This document shows, piece after piece, positions 17,229-26,050 of a stretch of 50,954 nucleotides of DNA. The DNA is taken from contig CALVUM010000026.1 of assembly GCA_944363605.1 (NCBI GenBank), forward strand, positions 1 through 50,954. Direction: 5' to 3'. The notes below the pieces were generated by a model. It did not search any database. It had not been told where the DNA came from and was given only the letters and a program-made list of their open reading frames with translations. Numbering within the stretch: the first letter of the stretch is position 1; every line of letters begins with the position of its first letter. Position numbers and translations under genes: made by a program. Source of the stretch: an uncultured Bacilli bacterium (GTDB lineage: Bacteria; Bacillota_I; Bacilli_A; RF39; UBA660).

Positions 17229-18257
17229 ATGAAATGTGTTCAATTAAAAGGAAAAAGAGAATTTGAAATTGGGAATATTGAAGAACCAGTAAGTCGAGAT
17301 GGCAGTGTTATTATTGATGTAAAAAAAGCTGGAATATGCGGTTCTGATATTCACTACTGGGATATGGGAGAGCCTAAAGGTCTTGTTATGGGACATGAGT
17401 TTTGTGGAGTGGTAACGAATCCCGGAAGTAGAGAGGATTTGAATGTTGGAGATCGAGTAACTGCTTTACCTATTTCTCCATGTGGGCATTGTCAAGCTTG
17501 TTTAACAGGAAATCCTCAATATTGTCGGGAAACTTGGACGTATGCTACAGGACTTTCTTTGACAAATCCGGGAGCTTTGGCACCTAAAATGGCGATTCGT
17601 CCTGATATGGTCTTAAAAGTTCCAGATAATGTAACTGATGAAGAAATGGCTATGGTTGAACCAACGGCAGTAGGTCTTCATGCAATTCATTTGGCTGACA
17701 TAAAAGTTGGGCAAAAAGTTTTGGTTATTGGTGGTGGAATTATTGGTCTTGTTTCAGCTATGTTTGCTAAGAAAGAAGGAGCAAGTTTAGTTGTTGTAAG
17801 TGAGACGAATTTAGAAAGAGCTAAAAAGGCTGTTTCATTTGGTGTAGCGGATAAGTATTATGACGCGACTAGCGAAAATATGATGAAAGAAGTTATGGAA
17901 GACACTTTAGGAAATGGGTTTGATGTTGTTATTGAATGTTGTGGTAATGACAAGGCTGTTTCTAGTGCACTTATGACTTGTAAGCCAGGTGGAACTATTG
18001 TTTTGGTTGGGGTAGCACTTGGAGCGATTACAATTCCAACAGTTGTAGGTGTTATGAGTGAGTTAACAATTAAAGGGGCAATTGCTTATACAAAAGAAGA
18101 ATTCCAAACTTGTATTGATTTAATTTCGAATAAGCAAATTGAAGTTATGAAATTTGTATCAGACATTGTTTCTTTAGAAGAAGTGCAGCATGCTTATGAA
18201 AGACTTACTAGTGGTGTTGATGATGCAATTAAGATTTTAGTGGATCCAAGTAAATAG
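17229..18257 (+). CDS. zinc-dependent medium-chain alcohol/polyol dehydrogenase (sorbitol/threonine dehydrogenase-like)
   Basis: GHEFCGVV zinc motif, structural-zinc Cys cluster CGHCQACLTGNPQYC, Rossmann motif VLVIGGGIIGL. Confidence 0.9.
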   Translation: MKCVQLKGKREFEIGNIEEPVSRDGSVIIDVKKAGICGSDIHYWDMGEPKGLVMGHEFCGVVTNPGSREDLNVGDRVTALPISPCGHCQACLTGNPQYCRETWTYATGLSLTNPGALAPKMAIRPDMVLKVPDNVTDEEMAMVEPTAVGLHAIHLADIKVGQKVLVIGGGIIGLVSAMFAKKEGASLVVVSETNLERAKKAVSFGVADKYYDATSENMMKEVMEDTLGNGFDVVIECCGNDKAVSSALMTCKPGGTIVLVGVALGAITIPTVVGVMSELTIKGAIAYTKEEFQTCIDLISNKQIEVMKFVSDIVSLEEVQHAYERLTSGVDDAIKILVDPSK

Positions 18258-18262
18258 AGATT

Positions 18263-19096
18263 TTGGATATGGATAAAAATGATTATTTAAAAATAGCCAA
18301 AAAGAAAATAAAAAAGAGAAAACAAAAAAAGATTTTACTAGATCAAATTGAACTTTATTATTCTTTAAATATTACATTTGTTCCTAAACACCATTATAAA
18401 TTAGGGGATGATGTTTTTTTGACAAAATCCACTTTGTTACATGGAACTTATAAAAATATAGATGGTTTAAGAGAAATTGCATTTAATGGCTTAATTGCTG
18501 GAGCGTTTGCAGGTGGTAGAAACTCTAAATATCCTTTTGCCGTGGGTGTTTGGAATTTAAAAAATGACTACTTTTTAAGAGATTATGTTGATTTTTATAG
18601 TGGTGGCACAATTGGATATGAAGATTCTTCTAGACAGGTTTTTAAAACAGAAGTAATTCCTTATTCTAAAATGAATTCTGCTTTTTCGAATATAAAGAAA
18701 AATAATACTTTTAGATGGAATATGGAAGAAACAAAAGAAGCAAGATTTATGCCAAGTTTAATTCAGGATGAGGTACAGGTTGCTGTAATTTTTGATAGTG
18801 AAAACTTAAGTGAATTATTAGAAAAAGATCTTCTTGATGTTTCTTTTTCTGATGAGGATGTAAAAGTTTTTGTCAATAAATGGTACTATTCTAAATTTAT
18901 TCGTGACCGAAAACAAAAGAATGATTTTTTTACGGATAGAGAAAGCGCTATATTATTTGGAATACCTTCTAATTTTATCAGTGGCGTTTTAGTGGGAAGA
19001 AAGTATGAAAAAGATAAAAAAATCTTAGATGAAATTAAGAATTTATTACCATGGGTTTATATTTGTAATTTGGATGGTAGAGTATTAGTTATTTAA
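18263..19096 (+). CDS. hypothetical protein
   Basis: 277-aa ORF with a Lys-rich N-terminus and no recognised motif. ATG at 18269 is an alternative start. Confidence 0.5.
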   Translation: MDMDKNDYLKIAKKKIKKRKQKKILLDQIELYYSLNITFVPKHHYKLGDDVFLTKSTLLHGTYKNIDGLREIAFNGLIAGAFAGGRNSKYPFAVGVWNLKNDYFLRDYVDFYSGGTIGYEDSSRQVFKTEVIPYSKMNSAFSNIKKNNTFRWNMEETKEARFMPSLIQDEVQVAVIFDSENLSELLEKDLLDVSFSDEDVKVFVNKWYYSKFIRDRKQKNDFFTDRESAILFGIPSNFISGVLVGRKYEKDKKILDEIKNLLPWVYICNLDGRVLVI

Positions 19097-19116
19097 TTTT
19101 AAATTTAGTTTAAAGT

Positions 19117-19563
19117 ATGGTGGAAATGATGTATTGTTTACGGAAACCTTTAGAAAGTGATAAAACCACTTTAGAAAAGTGGAAATTAGAAACTATTCTT
19201 ACAGATATCAATTTTATATCTTTAAATGAGAAACAACGAATAGTAAAGTATGTTCATGCTGAAATAGAAAAGGAATATGAAAAATATCGTATTATTCAAG
19301 TTCGTAAAAAAGATATTGGTTGCCTTTTTGTAAGACCTTATGAAGATGGAGCGTTGTTATCTGAAATTTATCTTTTAGAAGAATATCGTAATCAAGGAAT
19401 TGGAACTTCATTGATTAAGGATGTTTTAAATCAATATAAAATTGTATATTTATGGGTTTATAAGGAAAATATTAAAGTAATTTCTTTATATGAAAAACTC
19501 GGGTTTAAAAGAAAAGAAGAAACCGATACAAGAATTTTTATGAAATGTATTCCTGTTTCTTAA
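19117..19563 (+). CDS. GNAT family N-acetyltransferase
   Basis: ...EEYRNQGIGTSLIKDVL... acetyl-CoA binding motif (Q/RxxGxG/A). Confidence 0.8.
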   Translation: MVEMMYCLRKPLESDKTTLEKWKLETILTDINFISLNEKQRIVKYVHAEIEKEYEKYRIIQVRKKDIGCLFVRPYEDGALLSEIYLLEEYRNQGIGTSLIKDVLNQYKIVYLWVYKENIKVISLYEKLGFKRKEETDTRIFMKCIPVS

Positions 19564-19741
19564 AATTTTTGACAGAAAGACTATTGTAATATTTAATAGT
19601 ATAAAAAGGTTTATTATGTTTTATATTGATGATAAAAATTTGAAAGTTTTTAGGCAAGAAATTTTTGTTGGCAAATTTATTAATAATGGCGATAATGGTT
19701 ACAATATTTGTGTTAAATTAGAATTTATTAATAATTAAGCA

Positions 19742-20032
19742 ATGAAAAAGGGATATATGTATTTAAATGCGGGGTTTGAAAAAAATGATGATATAAATGC
19801 TTTTGTTAATAAAAAATATGAGGGGATACCTTTTTCAAATGATAATGCTTTTCTATTTTTTGATGTGTTTGACACGGAAAGATTTTTAGATATAGAAATA
19901 GAAGGTAATATAACATTAAATTTAACAAATGTTAAAAATAATAAAGTTAAAGCTATATTTGAAGTTAATGATAAGTTAATAAAAATTAAATATAATGGAT
20001 ATTTAAATATAGTTGATAGACCAAATAATTAA
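19742..20032 (+). CDS. hypothetical protein, possibly the distal part of a 19616..20032 gene with an in-frame TAA
   Basis: 96-aa ORF. An in-frame 40-codon ORF with its own TTGACA-17-TTTAAT promoter and RBS starts at 19616 and ends at TAA 19736-19738, one codon before this ATG. Confidence 0.45.
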   Translation: MKKGYMYLNAGFEKNDDINAFVNKKYEGIPFSNDNAFLFFDVFDTERFLDIEIEGNITLNLTNVKNNKVKAIFEVNDKLIKIKYNGYLNIVDRPNN

Positions 20033-20197
20033 AAATAAAAGGAAAGTTTAATTTAATATTTTGGAAATATTTGCATTATTTATTTTAATTAACAATTTTT
20101 ATGCACTTGCTATAGAAACTTTATCAAAATATAGACACGATTCCAATTCTGTGATATATTAATAGCACATAAGAAATTATGTTGTGCAAAAATTGCA

Positions 20198-20203
20198 TAT
20201 AAT
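20198..20203 (+). promoter_or_regulatory. -10 box (TATAAT) candidate for the toxI-toxN transcript
   Basis: TATAAT lies ~10 nt upstream of the first 37-nt repeat. The palindrome TGCAAAAATTGCA is immediately upstream. Confidence 0.4.
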
Positions 20204-20212
20204 ATTAAAATA

Positions 20213-20329
20213 AAAAAGCAGGTGAAGCCAGCCTTTTAAATGGCAATAAAAGAAGTGAGTGAAACCAGCTCTATAAATGGTAATTAAAAAAGTGAGTGAA
20301 ACCAGCTCTATAAATGGTAACTAAAAAAG
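20213..20329 (+). ncRNA. ToxI/antiQ-like type III antitoxin RNA: three tandem 37-nt repeats
   Basis: The CCAGC landmarks at 20228, 20265 and 20302 give an exact 37-nt period. Units 2 and 3 differ at one base and unit 1 matches 27/37. The repeats sit directly upstream of a ToxN/AbiQ-family ORF. Confidence 0.8.
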
Positions 20330-20364
20330 AAGGTTAGAGAGCAAACTCTAGCCTTTTATTTTTA
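20330..20364 (+). terminator. intrinsic terminator between the antitoxin repeats and toxN
   Basis: AAGGTTAGAG / CTCTAGCCTT 10-bp stem (one G-U pair), 6-nt loop, then TTATTTTTAT. Confidence 0.65.
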
Positions 20365-20401
20365 TAAAAAATAGTATATATTGGGTTTGTGAGGTAATGC
20401 T

Positions 20402-20914
20402 ATGTATAGAAAATTAAAAATTGTTAAAGTTGATGTCAATTATTGTGATTATTTAAGAAATTTCGATAGTAGAGTATCTTATAATGCAGGTTCAAAAGAG
20501 TTAAGACCGTTTGTTGGTGTTTTATTTATGATAGATAAATGTCAATATTTTGCACCTTTATCAAGTCCTAAACCAAAACATAAAACATTACGAAATACAT
20601 TGGATGTTTTTAAAATAAATGATGGTAATTATGGAATTGTAAATTTTAATAATATGATACCTGTAAATGAAAGCAATTATGTTGAATTTGATTTAAATAA
20701 GGAAACAAATGATAAAAATGAGAAAGCAAGAATTAATTTGATGAAGAATCAATTAAGGTTTTTAACAAAAAATAGGAAAGAAATCTATACAAAATCAGAA
20801 CTTTTATATAATTTGTATAAAAATGACAAATTGCCTAAAAATGTCAAATCTAGATGTTGTAATTTTATGTTATTAGAAGAAAAATGTAGGGAGTATAATA
20901 CTGTCAAAGAATAA
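20402..20914 (+). CDS. toxN: ToxN/AbiQ family type III toxin (endoribonuclease)
   Basis: 170 aa, GAGGTAA RBS. The landmarks ..CQYFAPLSSPKPKH.. and ..CCNFMLLEEKCREY.. match ToxN (..YLAPLTSPKKWH.., ..CNFSLLEEKYRDF..) in the same order and spacing. Confidence 0.9.
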   Translation: MYRKLKIVKVDVNYCDYLRNFDSRVSYNAGSKELRPFVGVLFMIDKCQYFAPLSSPKPKHKTLRNTLDVFKINDGNYGIVNFNNMIPVNESNYVEFDLNKETNDKNEKARINLMKNQLRFLTKNRKEIYTKSELLYNLYKNDKLPKNVKSRCCNFMLLEEKCREYNTVKE

Positions 20915-21129
20915 TCTTTAGATACTAAATGTCCAGAATAAAATTATTTTAATAAACTTTAGCAAATTTAAGAAAATGAATGTCTTATTTAAAAGGTTTT
21001 ATTTGATATCGTTTTCTTGAGTTTTTTAATAGTGGGTTAAGGAAAATATATAAGCAATTTATATGTCAGTAAATATCTATCTAAAATAAAGAAAAATTGT
21101 TATAATATTGTTGTAAAGGAGATGTTTTT

Positions 21130-21594
21130 TTGACAGTTTTATCAGAATTCTTAATTGAAGCTAAAAAACAAACTTATGCTAATGAAAATGTGAAAAAACA
21201 GCTTTCATCTAGGAAAGGTTCATATGATTATGAATATAGCAATGGAAGAATGTTATATCATGATACTTATTTTGGTGGAACTGATTTTATGGGAGAAGAA
21301 GTGGTTTATGAACAAGATGATACGCCTATATGGGGAATGAATTACTATGGCATTACTTTAGATAAGTCATTATGTGAGGAAGCTATGGACAAAGCTTTAA
21401 GACCGGCATTAATGCAAGTTGGAAGTGACGATACTATTCCAGTCAGAGGCCCAAAAGAGTATGTAAATGGTAAATACAAATATATTTTTGATGTATCGGG
21501 TAGTCTTGATAATTTTGAAGGAGAAGAATCAATTTATATAGATGATAAAAAGGTCTATGTTTTAAAATGCCATGGTGGAATAATAAAAAGATAA
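21130..21594 (+). CDS. hypothetical protein (DUF5680-like, weak)
   Basis: TTG start after AAAGGAG. The pattern ..KQTYAN...Y.DTYFGG..F.GEEVVY....PIWGMNYYG recalls DUF5680. By-eye call only. Confidence 0.45.
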   Translation: MTVLSEFLIEAKKQTYANENVKKQLSSRKGSYDYEYSNGRMLYHDTYFGGTDFMGEEVVYEQDDTPIWGMNYYGITLDKSLCEEAMDKALRPALMQVGSDDTIPVRGPKEYVNGKYKYIFDVSGSLDNFEGEESIYIDDKKVYVLKCHGGIIKR

Positions 21595-21607
21595 GGAGAA
21601 TATAAAA

Positions 21608-21985
21608 ATGAATTTATTTCATTATAAGGATTTAATTGATGGTAATCCTATTCATATTGCAACAGTAAATAGTAGTAATAATCCTAATTTATCAGTTGCT
21701 TCTGATGTTAGAGTAATTAAAGAAAACGAAATAATAATATCAGTTAATGAGATGAGTAATACTCAAAAAAATATTGAGCACAATTCAAATATAGTTATAA
21801 CAGCTTTTAATTCAGAATGGATTGGGCTGAGAATTTTTGGTAAAGGGCAGTTTTATACCGATGGAAAGTATTATGATTTTTGTAATAAAACATTTTTCTC
21901 AAATGGTGAAGTTACTCCTTTTGGTGCTACACAGCCAAAGGGTGCTATTTTAGTAAAAGTAGATAAAATTGAAGAGTTTAAATAA
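21608..21985 (+). CDS. pyridoxamine 5'-phosphate oxidase-like (split-barrel flavin-binding) family protein
   Basis: 125 aa, AAGGAGA RBS. N-terminal ...PIHIATVNSSNNPNLSVASDVRV... is typical of small PNPOx-like proteins. Confidence 0.5.
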   Translation: MNLFHYKDLIDGNPIHIATVNSSNNPNLSVASDVRVIKENEIIISVNEMSNTQKNIEHNSNIVITAFNSEWIGLRIFGKGQFYTDGKYYDFCNKTFFSNGEVTPFGATQPKGAILVKVDKIEEFK

Positions 21986-22071
21986 AAGTGATTTAAAAGT
22001 AGTTATTAGATTCTATAATAAATGTATTTATAAATTTTAATTTTTAATAAATTAAGAAAGCGTAAATATTT

Positions 22072-22875
22072 ATGGAACATGTGATGAAGTTAAATGCTTC
22101 TAGTTTTGAAGATTTAAAACTTGGTAAGAAGAAGCGGGAATATAGACTTAATGATGAAAAAAGAAAGCTAGTTAGAGTAGGAGATACAATTCGATTTTTA
22201 AAACTTCCTAATTTAGATGAAGAGTTTTTGGTTGATGTTTTAGATGTAGAGGTTTTTAAAGACTGGTATCAGTGTTATTCAAAGTATTTTGATGAAGATT
22301 TTAAAAATTCTTATAAGAACGTAGAAGCAGTAGTTCAAGATACTTTTGATGGTGGTTATTATACGGAAGAGGAATCCAAAGAAAATGAGTGTGTTGTTTT
22401 TTCAATAAAAAAGCATAGAGTTGCTCATTATAATTCGACCGTATGTTATTTAAAAAAAGATGATAAAGTTTTGATGATTAAGTTTTCGAAAAAATGGGGA
22501 TTTGTGTATGCTCCACCGGGTGGGAAATTTGAAGAAGGTGAAACACCGCTTGACTGCATTACTAGGGAATTTTATGAAGAAACGGGATTAAATTTAATTA
22601 ATCCTAGATTACAAGGTATATCTTATTGGAAAGACAATAAAAATAAAAAGGGAATTATTTTTATTTTTACTGCAGAAGATTTTACAGGAAATTTAATTGC
22701 AAGTTCTAACGAGGGTAATTTAGAATGGATAAATTTTGATGAATTACAAAATATATTACAGTTTGATCAAAATCAGAAGTTTACATCTTATTTATTTAAA
22801 AAAGATTTATTTGAAGGAAAGTTCTTAATTGATGGTCATTGTAATGTTTTAAATTATGAAATAAGAAAAATGTGA
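22072..22875 (+). CDS. ASCH domain - Nudix hydrolase fusion protein
   Basis: The N-terminal ~110 aa is ASCH-like (..GKKKREYRLNDEKRKLVRVGDTIRF..). The C-terminus carries the Nudix box GGKFEEGETPLDCITREFYEETGL. Confidence 0.75.
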   Translation: MEHVMKLNASSFEDLKLGKKKREYRLNDEKRKLVRVGDTIRFLKLPNLDEEFLVDVLDVEVFKDWYQCYSKYFDEDFKNSYKNVEAVVQDTFDGGYYTEEESKENECVVFSIKKHRVAHYNSTVCYLKKDDKVLMIKFSKKWGFVYAPPGGKFEEGETPLDCITREFYEETGLNLINPRLQGISYWKDNKNKKGIIFIFTAEDFTGNLIASSNEGNLEWINFDELQNILQFDQNQKFTSYLFKKDLFEGKFLIDGHCNVLNYEIRKM

Positions 22876-22891
22876 TAAGTAAATTTTTAAT

Positions 22892-22935
22892 AAAAAAAGA
22901 ATAGATATTTTGGATAAATTTGTCTATTCTTTTTT
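22892..22935. terminator. bidirectional intrinsic terminator between convergent genes
   Basis: AGAATAGA / TCTATTCT stem flanked by an A-run (left) and a T-run (right). Confidence 0.6.
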
Positions 22936-25900
22936 ATTCTAATTTTTTTATTGTATTTGATAGAATGCTAAATAAATAAGTATTTACTGGAATGTTTTTT
23001 AGACTTTCAATATACTCTTTATAACCATGTAGTTGTTTTAAATAAGCTTCATCTGTTATTTCATTTAGTTTGTAATCAATGATGTCTATATGGTCATTGT
23101 ATATTAACATTAAATCGATGATTCCATGATATTCTTTTCCTTCTTTTTTATAAATAAATTCATATTCTTGATATATCGTAGCATTTTTACTATCTTTTAA
23201 AAGAGGATTTTTTAAAAGATTTTCGATTACTTTAGCTATCCAAGAATCTTCTATCTTTGATATATCGCAGTTTGCTAAGTCAATTAGTTCTAAAGTTTCA
23301 TGAAATTTTGTTCCTAAATCCATATTTTTTTTGGTTTGTTTGTCAATAATGTTTGGTATACTTTTTGAAAAAGTAAGGGGTATGATTTCTTTTTCTGTAA
23401 TGTTTATTGGGGTTATGTTCATTTTTTCTTTATTATTTTCTAAATTGTTTTCTAAATCTTTACGGATTAAATAGTCTTTTGTTAATTCAAGCTCTTGTAA
23501 GTCTATTTTCTTTTTGTATTTTTTTAGTTCTATTGGTATCGAGTAAAGAATGTCTGCTAAAGATTTGTAGTTGTAGCGAATTCGATTAATAATGACGCCA
23601 TTTTCATTTTTTATTTCCTTTATCTCTTCTTTTTCTGGAAGGATAAAAATCATTTTTTCTTTCGCTCTTGTTAAGGCAACATAGAAAAGGCGTATTTTTT
23701 CTGAAATATCTTCTTTTTTCATTTTTTCATTTATTAATACTTTGATAATGGTTTCTTTTATTCCCTCATTAAAGATAGGAATATAAATTGGACTATCTTT
23801 TTCATAAATAAGGAGACTCGTTAAGTCTTTTTTACTAAATGACTTGTAAAGGCCACAGAAGTAGCATATAGGAAATTCTAGTCCTTTTGATTTATGAATA
23901 TTCATTATTTTGACACTATTGTTGGAAGAGGTTCCTAAGTTGTATTTTATTTTTTCCTCTTTTTTTAATAGTTCATTTAAAAAATCTTGAAATTCATAAA
24001 TCGTTTGTCCCATTTTATTATAGTTTTCAGAAAGTTTTGTGATTTGGTCTATTCTAGTAATGGTTTCTTTTATGTTACCAATGGTAATAATCTTTTCATA
24101 AAAGTTTGTAATTTCTAAGACTTCTTCTATTATTTCTTTAATTGATAAGATATCTATTTTTTTGGCTAAGGGTTCTAAATCTTGATAAATAGGGGAGCTT
24201 TTAAATGTAAATCCTTTAAAATACTCAAAAATTTCTTCATCTTCTAAATGATAGAGATAGCTTCTTGCTAGACTTAAGAAAGCATGCTTAAATTTTTCAG
24301 TAAAATTATGTTCTTTTATTTCAATTAAAAGGGTTAGAATGTTTTTTATTAATAAGATATCTGTACTGATATTTAGTTCCTCATCTTTGTATAAAGTGAG
24401 GGGAATATGTAGGTATTCAAAGATTTTTTTGGTTAAATCAAAAGTAGCATTTCGATCCATAATGATACAAAAATCTTTAAATTCGGCTTTTTTAAGACTT
24501 CCAGTTTTCATGTTAAAAATTGGTTCTTCATTTTGAATCTTTTTTAGAATGTCTTTGCCAATGGTAAAAATCTCTATTTCTTCTTTTGAGAAAGTAGTAT
24601 CTTTTGGGTCGTAAGTTTGGATTTCCATTTGATGAGATGTAGTTGTTTTTCCTTGTTCTTCATAGCTCATATTTCCAAAAACCATTTGGTGTGTTGTAAG
24701 ATAATCTGCTGAACCGATTTCTTGATCCATAATGGGATTAAAAATAAGATTAATGTTTTCAAGTACTTCTTTTCGTGAACGAAAGTTTTTTACTAAATCA
24801 ATTTTAATTCCACCTAGATTTTGGCTATAAGCATCATATTTTTCTTTAAAGATATAGGGATTTGCATTTCTAAAACGATAAATACTTTGTTTAATATCTC
24901 CAACCATATAGACATTGTTGTTACTAATTAAGGAAATAAAGGCTTCTTGAATATCTGAAGTATCTTGATATTCGTCGACCATGATTTCTTTAAATTCTTG
25001 TTTTAAAGTGTTTCTGATTTCATCTTGTTCTTTAACAAGGTTAAGAGACATTTTAGCAATATCTTGAAAATCAAATAAAAAGTTTTCTTTTTTGTATTTT
25101 TCTAATTGATAAAAATATTTTTGTAAAATTTCGATTAAGATTTCTAGTAAATCTTTGCTTTGGATGTAGTCTTTTTTTATGGTTTCTTCATTCTCAAATA
25201 TTGTATATGTTTTTATTTCTTTGACAAGAGCGTTTATTTTTTCTTTGGCTTCTTTTGTTTCTTCGTCACTTCCTCTAGGCAGAATGGGTAATTTTAGTCC
25301 TTTAATTTTGGCTAATAAATTATCTAGGGGTTGTTCTTCTAGTAAAGGAAGTAAGGTATTTTTTATTTTTTGTAAATAATCTTGTTCAAAATAGTTTTGA
25401 ACATTTTCCACTTCGTCTAAAATTCCATAAGCTTTTTCTTTAACGATTTCATGAAAAGTATTTATTAATTCTGTTATTTTTTCTTCACTATAAAAGTTTT
25501 TTATATAAGAATTTAGGTATTCTTCTAAATCTATTCTAATTTCTAATTTGTTTGTTAGATTTATAATGGTATTTTGTAATTCTTCATCATCTTTGATACA
25601 TGTCGTATAGATTAATTCTTTAAACAGGGAATTATTATCTTTTTCGTAATATTCGTTAAAGATATTGTTTAAAATTTCTCTTTTTTTCATATTTAAAAGT
25701 GAAGAGTCGGTTATTTTAATATCTTTTGGAATGTTTAATAGATAATGATATTTTTTTACTAAAGAGAGGGCAAAAGAGTCAAAGGTTGTAATATAAGCAA
25801 CGTCTAGAAGTTTTAGTTCTTCTAAGAGATTTTCTTTTTCAATGTTTTGTTTGATACGTTCTTTCATTTCCGCTGCTGCGGCATTTGTAAATGTTAAAAT

Positions 25901-26050
25901 GAGTAGTTCATTTATATGAATATTCCTTTTTAATTTTTCTAGAACTCGGGTAGTTAAAACGGCGGTCTTTCCAGAACCAGCACCTGCCGAGACGATGATG
26001 TTTTGGCCACTTTTTTCAATTGCTTTTATTTGTTCACTCGTCCAAGCCAT
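22934..26050 (-). CDS. addA: helicase-nuclease AddAB subunit A (UvrD-like helicase + C-terminal PD-(D/E)XK nuclease)
   Basis: Walker A AGAGSGKTAV, DEYQDTS, helicase motifs, C-terminal GIIDLMLIY..IDIIDYK nuclease motif. Overlaps the addB stop by 17 nt. Confidence 0.9.
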   Translation of the reverse strand: MAWTSEQIKAIEKSGQNIIVSAGAGSGKTAVLTTRVLEKLKRNIHINELLILTFTNAAAAEMKERIKQNIEKENLLEELKLLDVAYITTFDSFALSLVKKYHYLLNIPKDIKITDSSLLNMKKREILNNIFNEYYEKDNNSLFKELIYTTCIKDDEELQNTIINLTNKLEIRIDLEEYLNSYIKNFYSEEKITELINTFHEIVKEKAYGILDEVENVQNYFEQDYLQKIKNTLLPLLEEQPLDNLLAKIKGLKLPILPRGSDEETKEAKEKINALVKEIKTYTIFENEETIKKDYIQSKDLLEILIEILQKYFYQLEKYKKENFLFDFQDIAKMSLNLVKEQDEIRNTLKQEFKEIMVDEYQDTSDIQEAFISLISNNNVYMVGDIKQSIYRFRNANPYIFKEKYDAYSQNLGGIKIDLVKNFRSRKEVLENINLIFNPIMDQEIGSADYLTTHQMVFGNMSYEEQGKTTTSHQMEIQTYDPKDTTFSKEEIEIFTIGKDILKKIQNEEPIFNMKTGSLKKAEFKDFCIIMDRNATFDLTKKIFEYLHIPLTLYKDEELNISTDILLIKNILTLLIEIKEHNFTEKFKHAFLSLARSYLYHLEDEEIFEYFKGFTFKSSPIYQDLEPLAKKIDILSIKEIIEEVLEITNFYEKIITIGNIKETITRIDQITKLSENYNKMGQTIYEFQDFLNELLKKEEKIKYNLGTSSNNSVKIMNIHKSKGLEFPICYFCGLYKSFSKKDLTSLLIYEKDSPIYIPIFNEGIKETIIKVLINEKMKKEDISEKIRLFYVALTRAKEKMIFILPEKEEIKEIKNENGVIINRIRYNYKSLADILYSIPIELKKYKKKIDLQELELTKDYLIRKDLENNLENNKEKMNITPINITEKEIIPLTFSKSIPNIIDKQTKKNMDLGTKFHETLELIDLANCDISKIEDSWIAKVIENLLKNPLLKDSKNATIYQEYEFIYKKEGKEYHGIIDLMLIYNDHIDIIDYKLNEITDEAYLKQLHGYKEYIESLKNIPVNTYLFSILSNTIKKLE

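Noticed and set aside
17229-18257. The alcohol dehydrogenase gene looks noticeably less AT-rich than its neighbours. Is it a horizontal transfer island?
   Set aside because: This is only a visual impression from one gene. Highly conserved enzyme genes often have higher GC than accessory genes, and no flanking repeats or mobility genes are present.
20213-20329. Could the 37-nt repeats be a small CRISPR array?
   Set aside because: The repeat units are directly contiguous with no unique spacers. They are followed by a terminator and a ToxN/AbiQ-family gene, and no cas genes are nearby. The type III antitoxin RNA interpretation fits better.
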